This document shows, one piece after another, positions 24,449 to 33,589 of a stretch of 64,000 nt of DNA. A model generated the notes under the pieces. It did not search any database, was not told the origin of the DNA, and saw only the letters and a list, made by a program, of their open reading frames with translations. The stretch spans positions 24,428,001 through 24,492,000 of the forward strand of contig JBHGNT010000005.1 of assembly GCA_043228905.1 (NCBI GenBank), given 5' to 3'. Both the position numbers and the translations under genes were made by a program. The DNA is from Azolla caroliniana. Its lineage: Eukaryota > Plantae > Polypodiophyta. The stretch's first letter is position 1. The number at the start of each line of letters is the position of its first letter.

Positions 24449-27400
24449 TTAAAGACGACGAGTGGAACGAGTCAGCGCTACTTGCGGACCGGGTTTGTCC
24501 GGATACTTTCGGTGGAAATCAGCAAGAAGATCTTGTGCATTGGCAACATTCTCGACGGGTTCCCAAGTACGTTCGCTCGGACTATAACCGAGCCAATCGA
24601 CCAAGTAATAGAGTTTGTTGCGAACAAGTTTGGAATCGAGGATGGCAGCAACTTCGTACTCCGGGCCGGCGTCCAACTCCAGTGGGGGCGGCGGTGGTGT
24701 CACGCGATCGGGAATGGTGTTTGCTTGATAGGGTTCAAGAAGAGAACAATGGAAAACCGGATGTATCTGAAGCTGCGGAGGGAGATCAAGGCGGAAGGTG
24801 ACATCATTAATCTTCCCCGTAATACGGAAAGGACCGAGTCGTCGATAATCCAACTTGTCGCACGGTCGAGTAGTCTTGATGTGACGACGTAAGAGCCATA
24901 CTCGATCTCCGATGGCAAAAGAGGAGGGAATCCGATGACGATCCGCATAAGTCTTCTGTGTGTGTTGAGCATGACGAAGGTGAGTAGAGAGATCCATCTG
25001 GATCTTGCGTAGCCTCTCCAAATGATCCTCGGCACGAGGGTTGGTAGGTAGCTCCGGAGTGTCGATCACCGACCAGCGAGGATGGAAACCGGTATAAGCG
25101 AAAAATGGGGAGACCCGAGTCGAGGAGTGAATAGCATTATTATACGCAAACTCTGCAAAGTGGAGAATCTCGGCCCAATCGTCCTGTTGATAACTCAGGA
25201 AACACCGGAGATATTGCTCCAGCGTTTGGTTTGTTCGTTCCGCCTGTCCGTCGGTCTGAGGATGGTAGCCGGAGGAGAGGTTGCAGGAGACCTTGAGCAT
25301 CTTGAAGAGATGCTGCCAAAATTTGGAGACAAATTGCGGGCCTCGGTCACTGATAATACTGTCTGGGAGGCCATGATGCCGAAAAACCTCACGCATAACA
25401 AGAGCGGCGGTTTCCTCGCTAGTGATGGCTTTAGTACATGGCACAAAATGTGCCATCTTCGTATATCGATCGACGACGGTTAGGATAGCATCGAACCCTT
25501 TCGAGACCGGCAGATCTGTGATAAAATCAAGACAAATAGACTGCCATGGCTTACTTGGAATTGGTAAAGGTTCCAACAAGCCATATGGATGGTGTCGTGG
25601 CATCTTTGCTCGGCAGCAAGCATCACAGGTCCGAACGTAGTCGTCGACAAAACGGCGCATGTGGGGCCACCAAAAAGATCGCTGCACTAGCTCCAACGTC
25701 TTAGTACTACCGAAATGTCCCGCCGTATGGGTGTCGTGACAATGTTGGACAATTTGAAGGCGACAGGAGCAATCGGGGACATATACACGCTTTTTAAAGA
25801 ATAACAAACCATCATGATATTCGAATTGTCGGTAGTCAATACCTGGTTGTTGAGACTGAGAACAGGATGCCCGAGAAGTATCAATGTGCGCCAGGATGTC
25901 TTGAGCAAAACTATCCGTCTTCAAGGTTGCACGTATGCCATCAGTAATCCGTGAATCCATCGGGGTGTGAAAAATCCGCGTCGTGTGCAATCGTGTTGGT
26001 CCCAAGATTACTTGCTTTTGATTATCAAATGTTGCTTCACCAGGACGAGGTGCAAGATATGAACGTCGTGATAGTGCATCTGCTTTTCCTTGCTGCTTCC
26101 CCGGTCGATATGTGATTTTGAAGTCGAAACGCGTGAGGAATTGCGCCCACCGAGCTTGCCGTCGATTTAGTACGCGAGCGTTCTGAAAATAAGCAAGATT
26201 TTTATGATCGCTGAAGACAATGACCTGATGTGGAGAGCCCTCTAAGAAATGCCGCCATTGTACAAATGAATCCACGATGGCTAATAACTCCTTGTCATGT
26301 ATTTCGTAGTTGATTTCTGCGACATCGAATTTGCGCGAATGGAAAGCCACCGGATGCAACTCTTCTTTATCACCTTGTTGAGAAAGGATGCTACCGAGGG
26401 CGAAATCTGATGCGTCGGCCTCCATGATGAATGGTTTGCTTGTATCCACATGAGCTAGAATCGGTGCTGATGTAAAGGCTTTCTTAAGATGCCGAAAAGC
26501 CATATCTGCTTCAATGGACCAAAGAAATGCTTGGCCCTTCTTCGTAAGTTGTGTGAGAGGTAAAATAATCTTCGAGTAATCCTGTATAAACTTACGGTAG
26601 AAGTTAGCAAAACCTAGAAAACATTGTACATCTCGTACCGACCGTGGAATTTGCCACTCTAGTACAGTTTGGATCTTAGCTGGATCCATGGCGATGCCCT
26701 TTGAGGAGATGACGTAGCCTAGAAATTCCACTTGCTTGCAGTCAAAGCTACATTTTTCTAGCTTGGCATAAAGACCATTCTCGCGGAGTCGCTTTAGTAC
26801 TAATAGTACATGAGAGTCGTGCTCTTCCTGGGTCTTCGAATAAATCAACAGATCATCCAGATAAATGATCAAACAGATATCCAAGAGGTCTCTGAATATA
26901 TCATTTGCCATGTGTTGGAAGACTGCGGGTGCATTGGTTAGGCCAAACGGCATAACAGTATACTCAAAATGCCCATACCGCGTGCGAAAAGCGGTCTTCC
27001 ACTCATCTCCCGGTCGGATCCGCACGAGATTATACGCTCCGCGTAGGTCGATTTTAGTAAAAAACTTGGCACCATTAACTCGCTCTAAAAGACTTGATAT
27101 AAGAGGAAGTGCATACCTATTCCGGATGGTGACTTTATTTAATCCGCGGTAATCAACGACAAGACGAAGTGAGCCATCTTTCTTCTTGACAAAGAAGATG
27201 GGTGCACCGGCCGGAGATTTCGAATGACGGATGAACCCGCTTGCCAAGTTCTCCTCTATGTAGGCTCGAAGGACTTCTAACTCGGTGGGTGACAGGTTGT
27301 AAATTGGTCCCCATGGTGGCTCGGTTCCTGGTTGTAAATCGATGGGACAGTCATAGGGACGGTGATGAGGAAGGGTACCGGCTTTTACCTTGTCAAATAC

Positions 27401-28021
27401 ATCGGCATAGGGATGATATTTTGCCGGAAGTTGTACTGAGGAGTCCTTCTTAATAGTGCTGGAAGGATGTACTGATATGGAAAATAGGAACATTGCCTCC
27501 TTGGGTCCTTCTTCGCGTAGTTGATGGAGTGAAATGGTCGAAACTCGGCGAGTTGATTCTTGGGGTGGTCGATATCGGACTTCTCTTGTTCTCCAATCTA
27601 TGGCTGGATTATGTAACTCAAGCCAAGGTAATCCTAGGACAATGGGATGCTCTGGACTACTAATTATATTAAATGATATTATACACACAAAACTACCTAG
27701 GACAACTTGAATGGGTTCTGATTCTTCTACAATATTCCCGGAAGCAATGGGACGACCATCAATGACCACTACAGATGCGGGACAAGGAAGTTTTCTTAAG
27801 GATATCTGAGAAGCTTGGGCAAAATTTCGATCCATGAAACAGGAATTAGCTCCGGAATCTAAAAGTGCTAGGACGGGTACTGGGGGAGTACTTTTAGTAC
27901 TAACAATGACTTGGGCTAGGAACACATTGCTAACTTGCTTGGAAGGAATGGAACCACTAATGGGCTGTACAGATCTAGGGCTGCTGTCCAACCAAATGGC
28001 TCCTATTTTGGCTGGACTCAA
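24449..28021 (-). CDS. G5 Pol: protease, RT, RNase H, integrase, chromodomain; probably made by -1 frameshift
   Basis: [27 protein letters not shown]...[24 protein letters not shown], and chromodomain YEVAAILDS...YLVDWLGY...TWEP. The ORF opens at TTG, not ATG. Confidence 0.95.
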   Translation of the reverse strand: MSPAKIGAIWLDSSPRSVQPISGSIPSKQVSNVFLAQVIVSTKSTPPVPVLALLDSGANSCFMDRNFAQASQISLRKLPCPASVVVIDGRPIASGNIVEESEPIQVVLGSFVCIISFNIISSPEHPIVLGLPWLELHNPAIDWRTREVRYRPPQESTRRVSTISLHQLREEGPKEAMFLFSISVHPSSTIKKDSSVQLPAKYHPYADVFDKVKAGTLPHHRPYDCPIDLQPGTEPPWGPIYNLSPTELEVLRAYIEENLASGFIRHSKSPAGAPIFFVKKKDGSLRLVVDYRGLNKVTIRNRYALPLISSLLERVNGAKFFTKIDLRGAYNLVRIRPGDEWKTAFRTRYGHFEYTVMPFGLTNAPAVFQHMANDIFRDLLDICLIIYLDDLLIYSKTQEEHDSHVLLVLKRLRENGLYAKLEKCSFDCKQVEFLGYVISSKGIAMDPAKIQTVLEWQIPRSVRDVQCFLGFANFYRKFIQDYSKIILPLTQLTKKGQAFLWSIEADMAFRHLKKAFTSAPILAHVDTSKPFIMEADASDFALGSILSQQGDKEELHPVAFHSRKFDVAEINYEIHDKELLAIVDSFVQWRHFLEGSPHQVIVFSDHKNLAYFQNARVLNRRQARWAQFLTRFDFKITYRPGKQQGKADALSRRSYLAPRPGEATFDNQKQVILGPTRLHTTRIFHTPMDSRITDGIRATLKTDSFAQDILAHIDTSRASCSQSQQPGIDYRQFEYHDGLLFFKKRVYVPDCSCRLQIVQHCHDTHTAGHFGSTKTLELVQRSFWWPHMRRFVDDYVRTCDACCRAKMPRHHPYGLLEPLPIPSKPWQSICLDFITDLPVSKGFDAILTVVDRYTKMAHFVPCTKAITSEETAALVMREVFRHHGLPDSIISDRGPQFVSKFWQHLFKMLKVSCNLSSGYHPQTDGQAERTNQTLEQYLRCFLSYQQDDWAEILHFAEFAYNNAIHSSTRVSPFFAYTGFHPRWSVIDTPELPTNPRAEDHLERLRKIQMDLSTHLRHAQHTQKTYADRHRIPSSFAIGDRVWLLRRHIKTTRPCDKLDYRRLGPFRITGKINDVTFRLDLPPQLQIHPVFHCSLLEPYQANTIPDRVTPPPPPLELDAGPEYEVAAILDSKLVRNKLYYLVDWLGYSPSERTWEPVENVANAQDLLADFHRKYPDKPGPQVALTRSTRRL

Positions 28022-29176
28022 TCGTTTAACTCTTCATCTAATTGACTAAGGATTTCAAATTTATTTGAGATACTTGGGCTATTAGTACTATGAATACTAT
28101 CTGACACTCTATTAGTACTATTACTACTATCAGACACTCCGAAGGGAAGAATTGACTCAGGTTTAGTACAGGCGACAATTTGATTTACCTGTCTTCTTGG
28201 CCTATGGGGACAATTGATGGCGATATGTCCTGGTCCACCGCAATAAAGGCATAATCGATTGGCACGTCGTCGTTGCTTTTCTTCTTCCGATAACGGGCCG
28301 CGTCGACGCATGGTATCGATCTCCATCGGTGTCGAAGTATTTGCTTGAGGTATGTCTCGTGCAAACGGTTTAGCCGCGACTGCGGCGTAAGTGGGCTCTG
28401 GCCTAGAGCGTGGTATCTGTAATTGACGTTCTGAACGCCGTTCAAAAAAGGCGGTTGTCACATCGAACTGCTCGACTGATTGCCTCCGTAAGAGACTTTG
28501 GTTCTTTGGGGAAAGTTAGAAGTAGATCTTTGACATCGTTTCGCAAGCCATAGCGAAACTGCTCCATTAGTGCTTGATCATCCCAGGGTATATCTGAAGC
28601 AAGTAGGCGGAAATCCGCCGCGTAGGCAGAGGCTGGACGATCGCCTTGACGCAATCGCCGGATCTTGTTGATCGCCGTCCTGATGCTGTCGGTGTCTCCA
28701 AAGCAGGCTTTAAACTCACCAATAAAATCTTCAAAGTTATTAAGCAAGGGCGATTGTTTTTCTAGAAGCGGAGCGAACCATGCCAAGGCTGATCCGCTAA
28801 GTAGCGTGCCTATTAGGCCGACTCGAGATGCATCAGTGGGATATCGGGAAGGATGCATCTGGATGACTAAGCGTACCTGATTAAGGAATCCCCGAAATTG
28901 CGAACGCGTTCCATCAAATTTCACAGGAAGTCCAATCTTGGGCTCTTTATGAAATCCTTGGGGACTGGATCCTTGTTGTTGCAACGCTGCTTCGAGTTGT
29001 TGTACCCGTAACGCTAACTCCCCATGTTGTTGTTGCGTTTGTTGTTTTTCTAGAGCGATTTGTTGCAGATCCCCTATCAGCCGTTGGTTTTCTTGTTCCA
29101 AGGCAACAAACTTTTCTTTTAGGCACTGTAGCTCGGAGAAAACGGATTGGTATTCTTGGGCGCTAACAGTAGCCAT
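28018..29176 (-). CDS. G5 Gag in two frames (28442-29176 and 28018-28461)
   Basis: Coiled-coil N-terminus, KFDG..QFRGF, LRQG...YAADF capsid motif, PMEID and CCHC knuckle [15 protein letters not shown] +1 frame break lies in a T run at ~28445. Confidence 0.85.
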
Positions 29177-29489
29177 AGTATAGGGGAAAGGGTAGGAGGA
29201 TGAGGGAGAGTGACAAGTAGGCTAGAGGGAAAAATTGGTTCAAACTGTCAGGAATAGTACTAAAACAGAGATTGAATTAGTACTAAGAAGAGTAGTACTA
29301 TTAGTACTAAGAGGACGGGACTGCGTAAGATTCCCGAGAGAGAGGAAGTGAGAAGAGGAGAGAGAGAGAGAGAGGGAAATAGGATGATGACAGCAGCTCT
29401 TATATTATATGAAAGATAAGTACAAATCGACTAAGAGGCTTAAGACTGGTGTTGAACCAATTTGGTTCAACATAATGCTTAGTGCCTTC

Positions 29490-29539
29490 TTTTATAGTGT
29501 TCTCAGGAATAATCCTGAAGCTTCTAGAATGTTCCAGAG
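29490..29539 (-). promoter_or_regulatory. G5 LTR promoter: heat-shock element (29517-29539) ~20 nt upstream of TATAAAA (29490-29496); copy at 24247-24296
   Basis: GAAgcTTCtaGAAtgTTCcaGAG gives four perfect alternating nGAAn units plus one imperfect unit. Confidence 0.75.
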
Positions 29540-29605
29540 AAATCTGGAATATACATTACTTTCTTATAATAAAACATAAATGAAAATAATATTCTATGAA
29601 TTACA

Positions 29606-29675
29606 ATAGATGGTGAGATGGTTAAGAGCTCGACCCATATACCATAAGGTCATGGGTTCGAGTCTTGCCATCTCA
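29606..29675 (+). other. tRNA-like A/B-box cassette and hairpin at the edge of the G5 LTR (copy at 24363-24432); not a functional tRNA
   Basis: TGGTGAGATGGTTAAGAGC ... AGGTC ATGGG TTCGAGT C with tRNA-like spacing; the anticodon arm does not pair. Confidence 0.6.
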
Positions 29676-32184
29676 TGACAGGTGGTGGCAGCAAGGCGGC
29701 CTACCATGGCGATGAAGAGAACGAGGAAGAGATAGCCACGGACCACGGCGTCTGAACGAAGGTGGCTACGATCATGGCATCGGCGAGTAACGGTATCGGG
29801 ACTTTTCCCACACCTATTCTAGAGACTTCGGCAGTCGACCCCGAGAGCCCATGTGAGACCGGAGAGATGGAAGGTGGCGGTAGCAAAGCAGACGATTGAA
29901 ACGACGACGAGGAAGGTCATAGTGGACGGAGGCAAGACCTCTCGACACCGAGACCAGAGACTACGGCGGTTGCGCTCGAATGCCAACATAAGACCGGAGA
30001 GAAGGGCGGTGGCCTGGAGGAGGTGTGGCCCGGAGCGAACACGTACGAAGATGAGGACGCGAGGCCCGGAACGGGCATATACAAGAGGACCGACGGAGAG
30101 GTCGGGAGCGGCAAAGAGGAGAGAGTCGGGAACCGACCTGACCGGAAGATGAACCGGTCGATAATCCGACATGACCGGAAGACGACGCGGAAGAAGATTG
30201 GAGCGGGGTCCGGTCAACCGGGCCCGAACCGAAGAAGAGCCGACAAGGCTGGATTTGTTCGGACAAACATGTACCGGCCGGTTACGATTACGGAAGGGAG
30301 CCGACCAAACCAGGACTCGATCGGCCGAGACCGATCCGGGCAAACGGGCCAAACACTCGGTGGGAGCCGGTGAGCACAAGAAGGAGGCCAAGTATGCACA
30401 AGGAGTACGACTCGGTGGGAGGCCAAGAGTGAGAGGGACCCTCCTCACCTATTCTTGAGACTTTGGCGGCTGCGGTTCGACGTAAGACCAAAGAGACGGC
30501 AGAAGGCGGTGAGGAGTCGGAGACCGGAACGGACGAGGCTACCGGAACGGGTACCCGGTGCGTGAAGGCGGACGGGCACGGCCAAGACGGCAAGCCGGAG
30601 TCAAAAGGGGCTAAGGCAAGAAAGGACGAAGAGACCGACGCGGAGGTCGGGTCTACGACGGATGAGGCGCGTAAAACGGAGCATGCACTACGGCCAGCGA
30701 AGGGCCAAGAAGTAAGCATGCACCCGGAAGAGCGGCAACGGTGGACCGGTCGAGCCTTTGAGAGACAAGCACGTGGCGAGAGACAAAGCCGTAAGGTGCC
30801 GAGATCGGCGGATGGGTGGCGAGAGCGAAGGATGGTGCGCAGAGAACAACGAGGTACACACCGGGAAGAGAAAACGCAGCGGCTTCTCGGAGGACATACA
30901 AGGCCAAACGGGCCAAGAGGGCGCAAGTCGAGGCGAGGTGGTAACGAGAGCCTCGAGGGACACCGACATGGAGGTCGGGATGACGGTACGCTCTACGGCG
31001 AGAGAGCACGACGGGCAAAGGAGAGGCAAGGAACGCGGAATGGGGTCGCCTAAGGGCCAAAGAATGAGCACATATTCGGGGAACAACATCGGCGCACGAG
31101 AAGAGCCTATGGAAGGCAAACGCGGAGCAGGAAGAGTCGACACGCCGAGGTGTTCGGCATGTGGAGACGATAAAACCAAAGGAGGAACATATGCGGCACG
31201 AAAAGGGCGGAATCCGGAGTACGATCGGAGAGTTCAGGAGCGCACCCGGAGGACATACGAGCCTTTGCGAGGAATGCGCGCGGCGAGAGACGGAGCGGTG
31301 AGGTGCCGGTATCGACGGATGATCGACGAGCATGAAAGGCTATGTCTTGAGAACCGGAGGAGGTGCGTGAAGAGCAACGGGCTACGCACTGGGAAGAGGA
31401 AGCACGGCTTCCCGGAAGGCATGCGAGGCCAAGCGGGCCAAGAGGACGAGAGTCGGGATGAAGCGGTAACGGGAGTTGCGAAGGACATTGACATGGTGGT
31501 CGGGATGACGGTATGCTCTACGGCGAGAGAGCACGACGAGCAAGGGAGAAGCCAGGAGCGCGTAATGGGGTCACGTAAGGACCGAAGAACGAGCACGCAT
31601 TCGATGGACGACAACGATGCACGAAAAGTGCCTACGGAAGCCGAGTGCAGAACGAAGGGAGTCGGTACGAGGTGTTCGGGGCGAGGAGAAGGTCGAGCCG
31701 GAGGTGGAACACATGCGATACGCGAGGAGCGGCACCCGACGAGCAATCGAAGTAATCGGGGGACTGACCGGAGGACATGCGCGGTGAGCGAAGGAAGGGA
31801 GACCGGATCGGCAACGGTGTTCGGGATGGCCGGTCAAAGAAGAAGGTGCATGCGCCGGACATGGCGGATCGGATGGAGCCAACGGATCGAGGAAACGCGG
31901 TGGACGTGGTGGATCGGATGGAGTCGGCGGGTCGGGGCCGGCAAGACGGATCGGCGCCAGCAAGGGACTGGCAAGGCGGTTGGGTGTCGGTAAGGCGAAA
32001 GACCCGGTTGATCACCATCGCCGAAATCTCTCACCCTTTTCCTTTCTTGGCACATACCGGTGGATGTGCGGTTTAGTGGGGGTGGATGTCGTGAAGATTT
32101 TCGGCTATAGTGTGAAACCGGGGTGGAATGGGCAAGTCGGTGGTGTGCAACATGTGCACATGTATACTAGGATAGGGTGTATAG

Positions 32185-33131
32185 TAGGGATCGGCAACGG
32201 TTCGGTTTAGGCTTAGCCGGTTTGGCCTGATTCAAGCCAAACCGGCTAAGCCTAAACCGTTTACAGGATCTCAAACCTGAGCCGAGCCGAGCCGAGCCGG
32301 TTCACAAACCGGTTTAGGCTAAACCGGTTTATGCTAAACCGGTTTGTGAACCGGCTTGGTAAACGGCTTGTAAACCGGTTTCCAAACCGGCTTGGAAACC
32401 GGTTTAGAAACCTCTGTCTCTCTCTCTCTCTCTCTCTCTCCCTATCTCCCTCTCTCTCTCAGATGATCCCTCCCACTCTCTCTCACTTCTGTGGTCTCGA
32501 CTCTCTCTCCCTCTCCCTCTCTCTCCCCTCTATGTAAATCCTCTCTCTCTCCCCTCTATGTAGTTCCTCTCTCTCTCTCTCTCTCCCCTCTGTGTAGTCT
32601 CTCTGTCTCTCCCCTCTATGTAGTTCCTCTCTCTCTCTCTCTCTCTCCTTATATGTTGTCTCCCTCCCTCTCTCTCTCTCTCCTCGTTTGTGTAGTCTCT
32701 CTCTCTCTCTCTCCTTATATGTTGTCTCCCTCCCTCTCTCTCTCTCTCCTCGTTTGTGTACTCTCTCTCTCTCTCTCTCTCTCCTTATATGTTGTCTCCC
32801 TCCCTCTCTCTCTCTCTCTCCTTATATGTTGTCTCCCTCCCTCTGTCTCTCTCTCCTCCTCTATGTAGTTCTCCCTCCCTTTCTCTCTCTCTTTCCCCTT
32901 GTCTGTTGTCTCTCTCCCCCTCTCTAAAGTTTATAAACGGCTTAAACGGTTTAGCCGGCTTAGCCGGCTTGAGCCGGTTTGGCGAGGCTCAAGCCAAGCC
33001 GAGCCGAGCTCAAACCGTTAAGGCAAGTTCAAGCCTAAACCGAGCCGAGCCGAGCCGCTAAGCCGCTAAGCCGTTTTCAAGCCGGCTAAGCCAAACGGTT
33101 TAGGCTTGAGCCAAGCCGTTGCCGATCCCTA
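32185..33131. mobile_element. Non-autonomous hAT element (MITE), 947 bp, inserted in the G4 3' LTR
   Basis: 16-bp TIR TAGGGATCGGCAACGG / CCGTTGCCGATCCCTA; 8-bp TSD GTGTATAG; many subterminal AAACCGG, AAACGG and GAGCC repeats; absent from the 5' LTR. Confidence 0.95.
32412..32925. repeat. CT-rich compound micro/minisatellite inside the hAT MITE
   Basis: (CT)n runs alternate with CCCCTCTATGTAG, CCTTATATGTTG and CCTCGTTTGTGTA spacers. Confidence 0.9.
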
Positions 33132-33589
33132 GTGTATAGAAAGAGAGGGGAAATTTTTGTCCCACATTGTAAGGTCCCTCCCTCCTTGGGCTATAAAAGG
33201 AAGGGAGGGGTCACTTATGAAGGGGTTGCCTATTTTGTGCGAGTAAGGTATACCACTTAGTCTAGGGTTCTCCCTCTTCCCATTTCGTTTTAGGGTTAGG
33301 GTTTCGGTTAGGGTTTTCTTCTTGGGTTTCCCTTTAGGGTTTTCGGATAGTCATTTTGGTGCGGCGATGGCGGCCACCACTGTTGTAACCGTTCGTTGTT
33401 TTAACATAACTTGTTGAACATCTTGCCTCCGCAGATCTCTCCTTCGATGTCGTGGTCTTATTCTTTCCTCTTCTCCTCTTGAGCTAAGCCTCCATATCGT
33501 GTCCTATTCTTTCTCCTCCACTCCCTAGTCCAAGACCCCCGCGGTCCCGCCCCTTCTACACGCACGCGCGTAACAACGCGACAACGCTC

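Larger units (their letters stand above)
24003..29680 (-). mobile_element. G5: young full-length Tcn1/Tf1-sushi-like chromovirus. 435-bp LTRs 24003-24437 and 29246-29680, TSD GGTGG
   Basis: No differences seen between the LTRs; termini TGTCA...TGACA; PPT AAGGGGGAGATAG at 24438-24450; non-tRNA PBS; uninterrupted pol. Confidence 0.97.
22344..33583 (+). mobile_element. G4: non-autonomous gag-only Ty3/gypsy. LTRs 22344-22886 and 32087-33583 (interrupted by the MITE), 4-bp TSD ACGC, tRNA-Trp PBS
   Basis: Near-identical TGTCG...CGACA LTRs. PBS TGGTGAACCCGACGTGA at 22891-22907. PPT GTGGGGGTGGA precedes 32087. No RT or INT motifs. Confidence 0.9.

Noticed and set aside
29700-32080. Many overlapping ORFs on both strands in the G4 interior
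   Set aside because: GC-rich, purine-skewed sequence is depleted of stops, and no domain is recognisable.
32331-33061. Leu/Ser-rich membrane-like ORFs
   Set aside because: These are translations of CT microsatellite.
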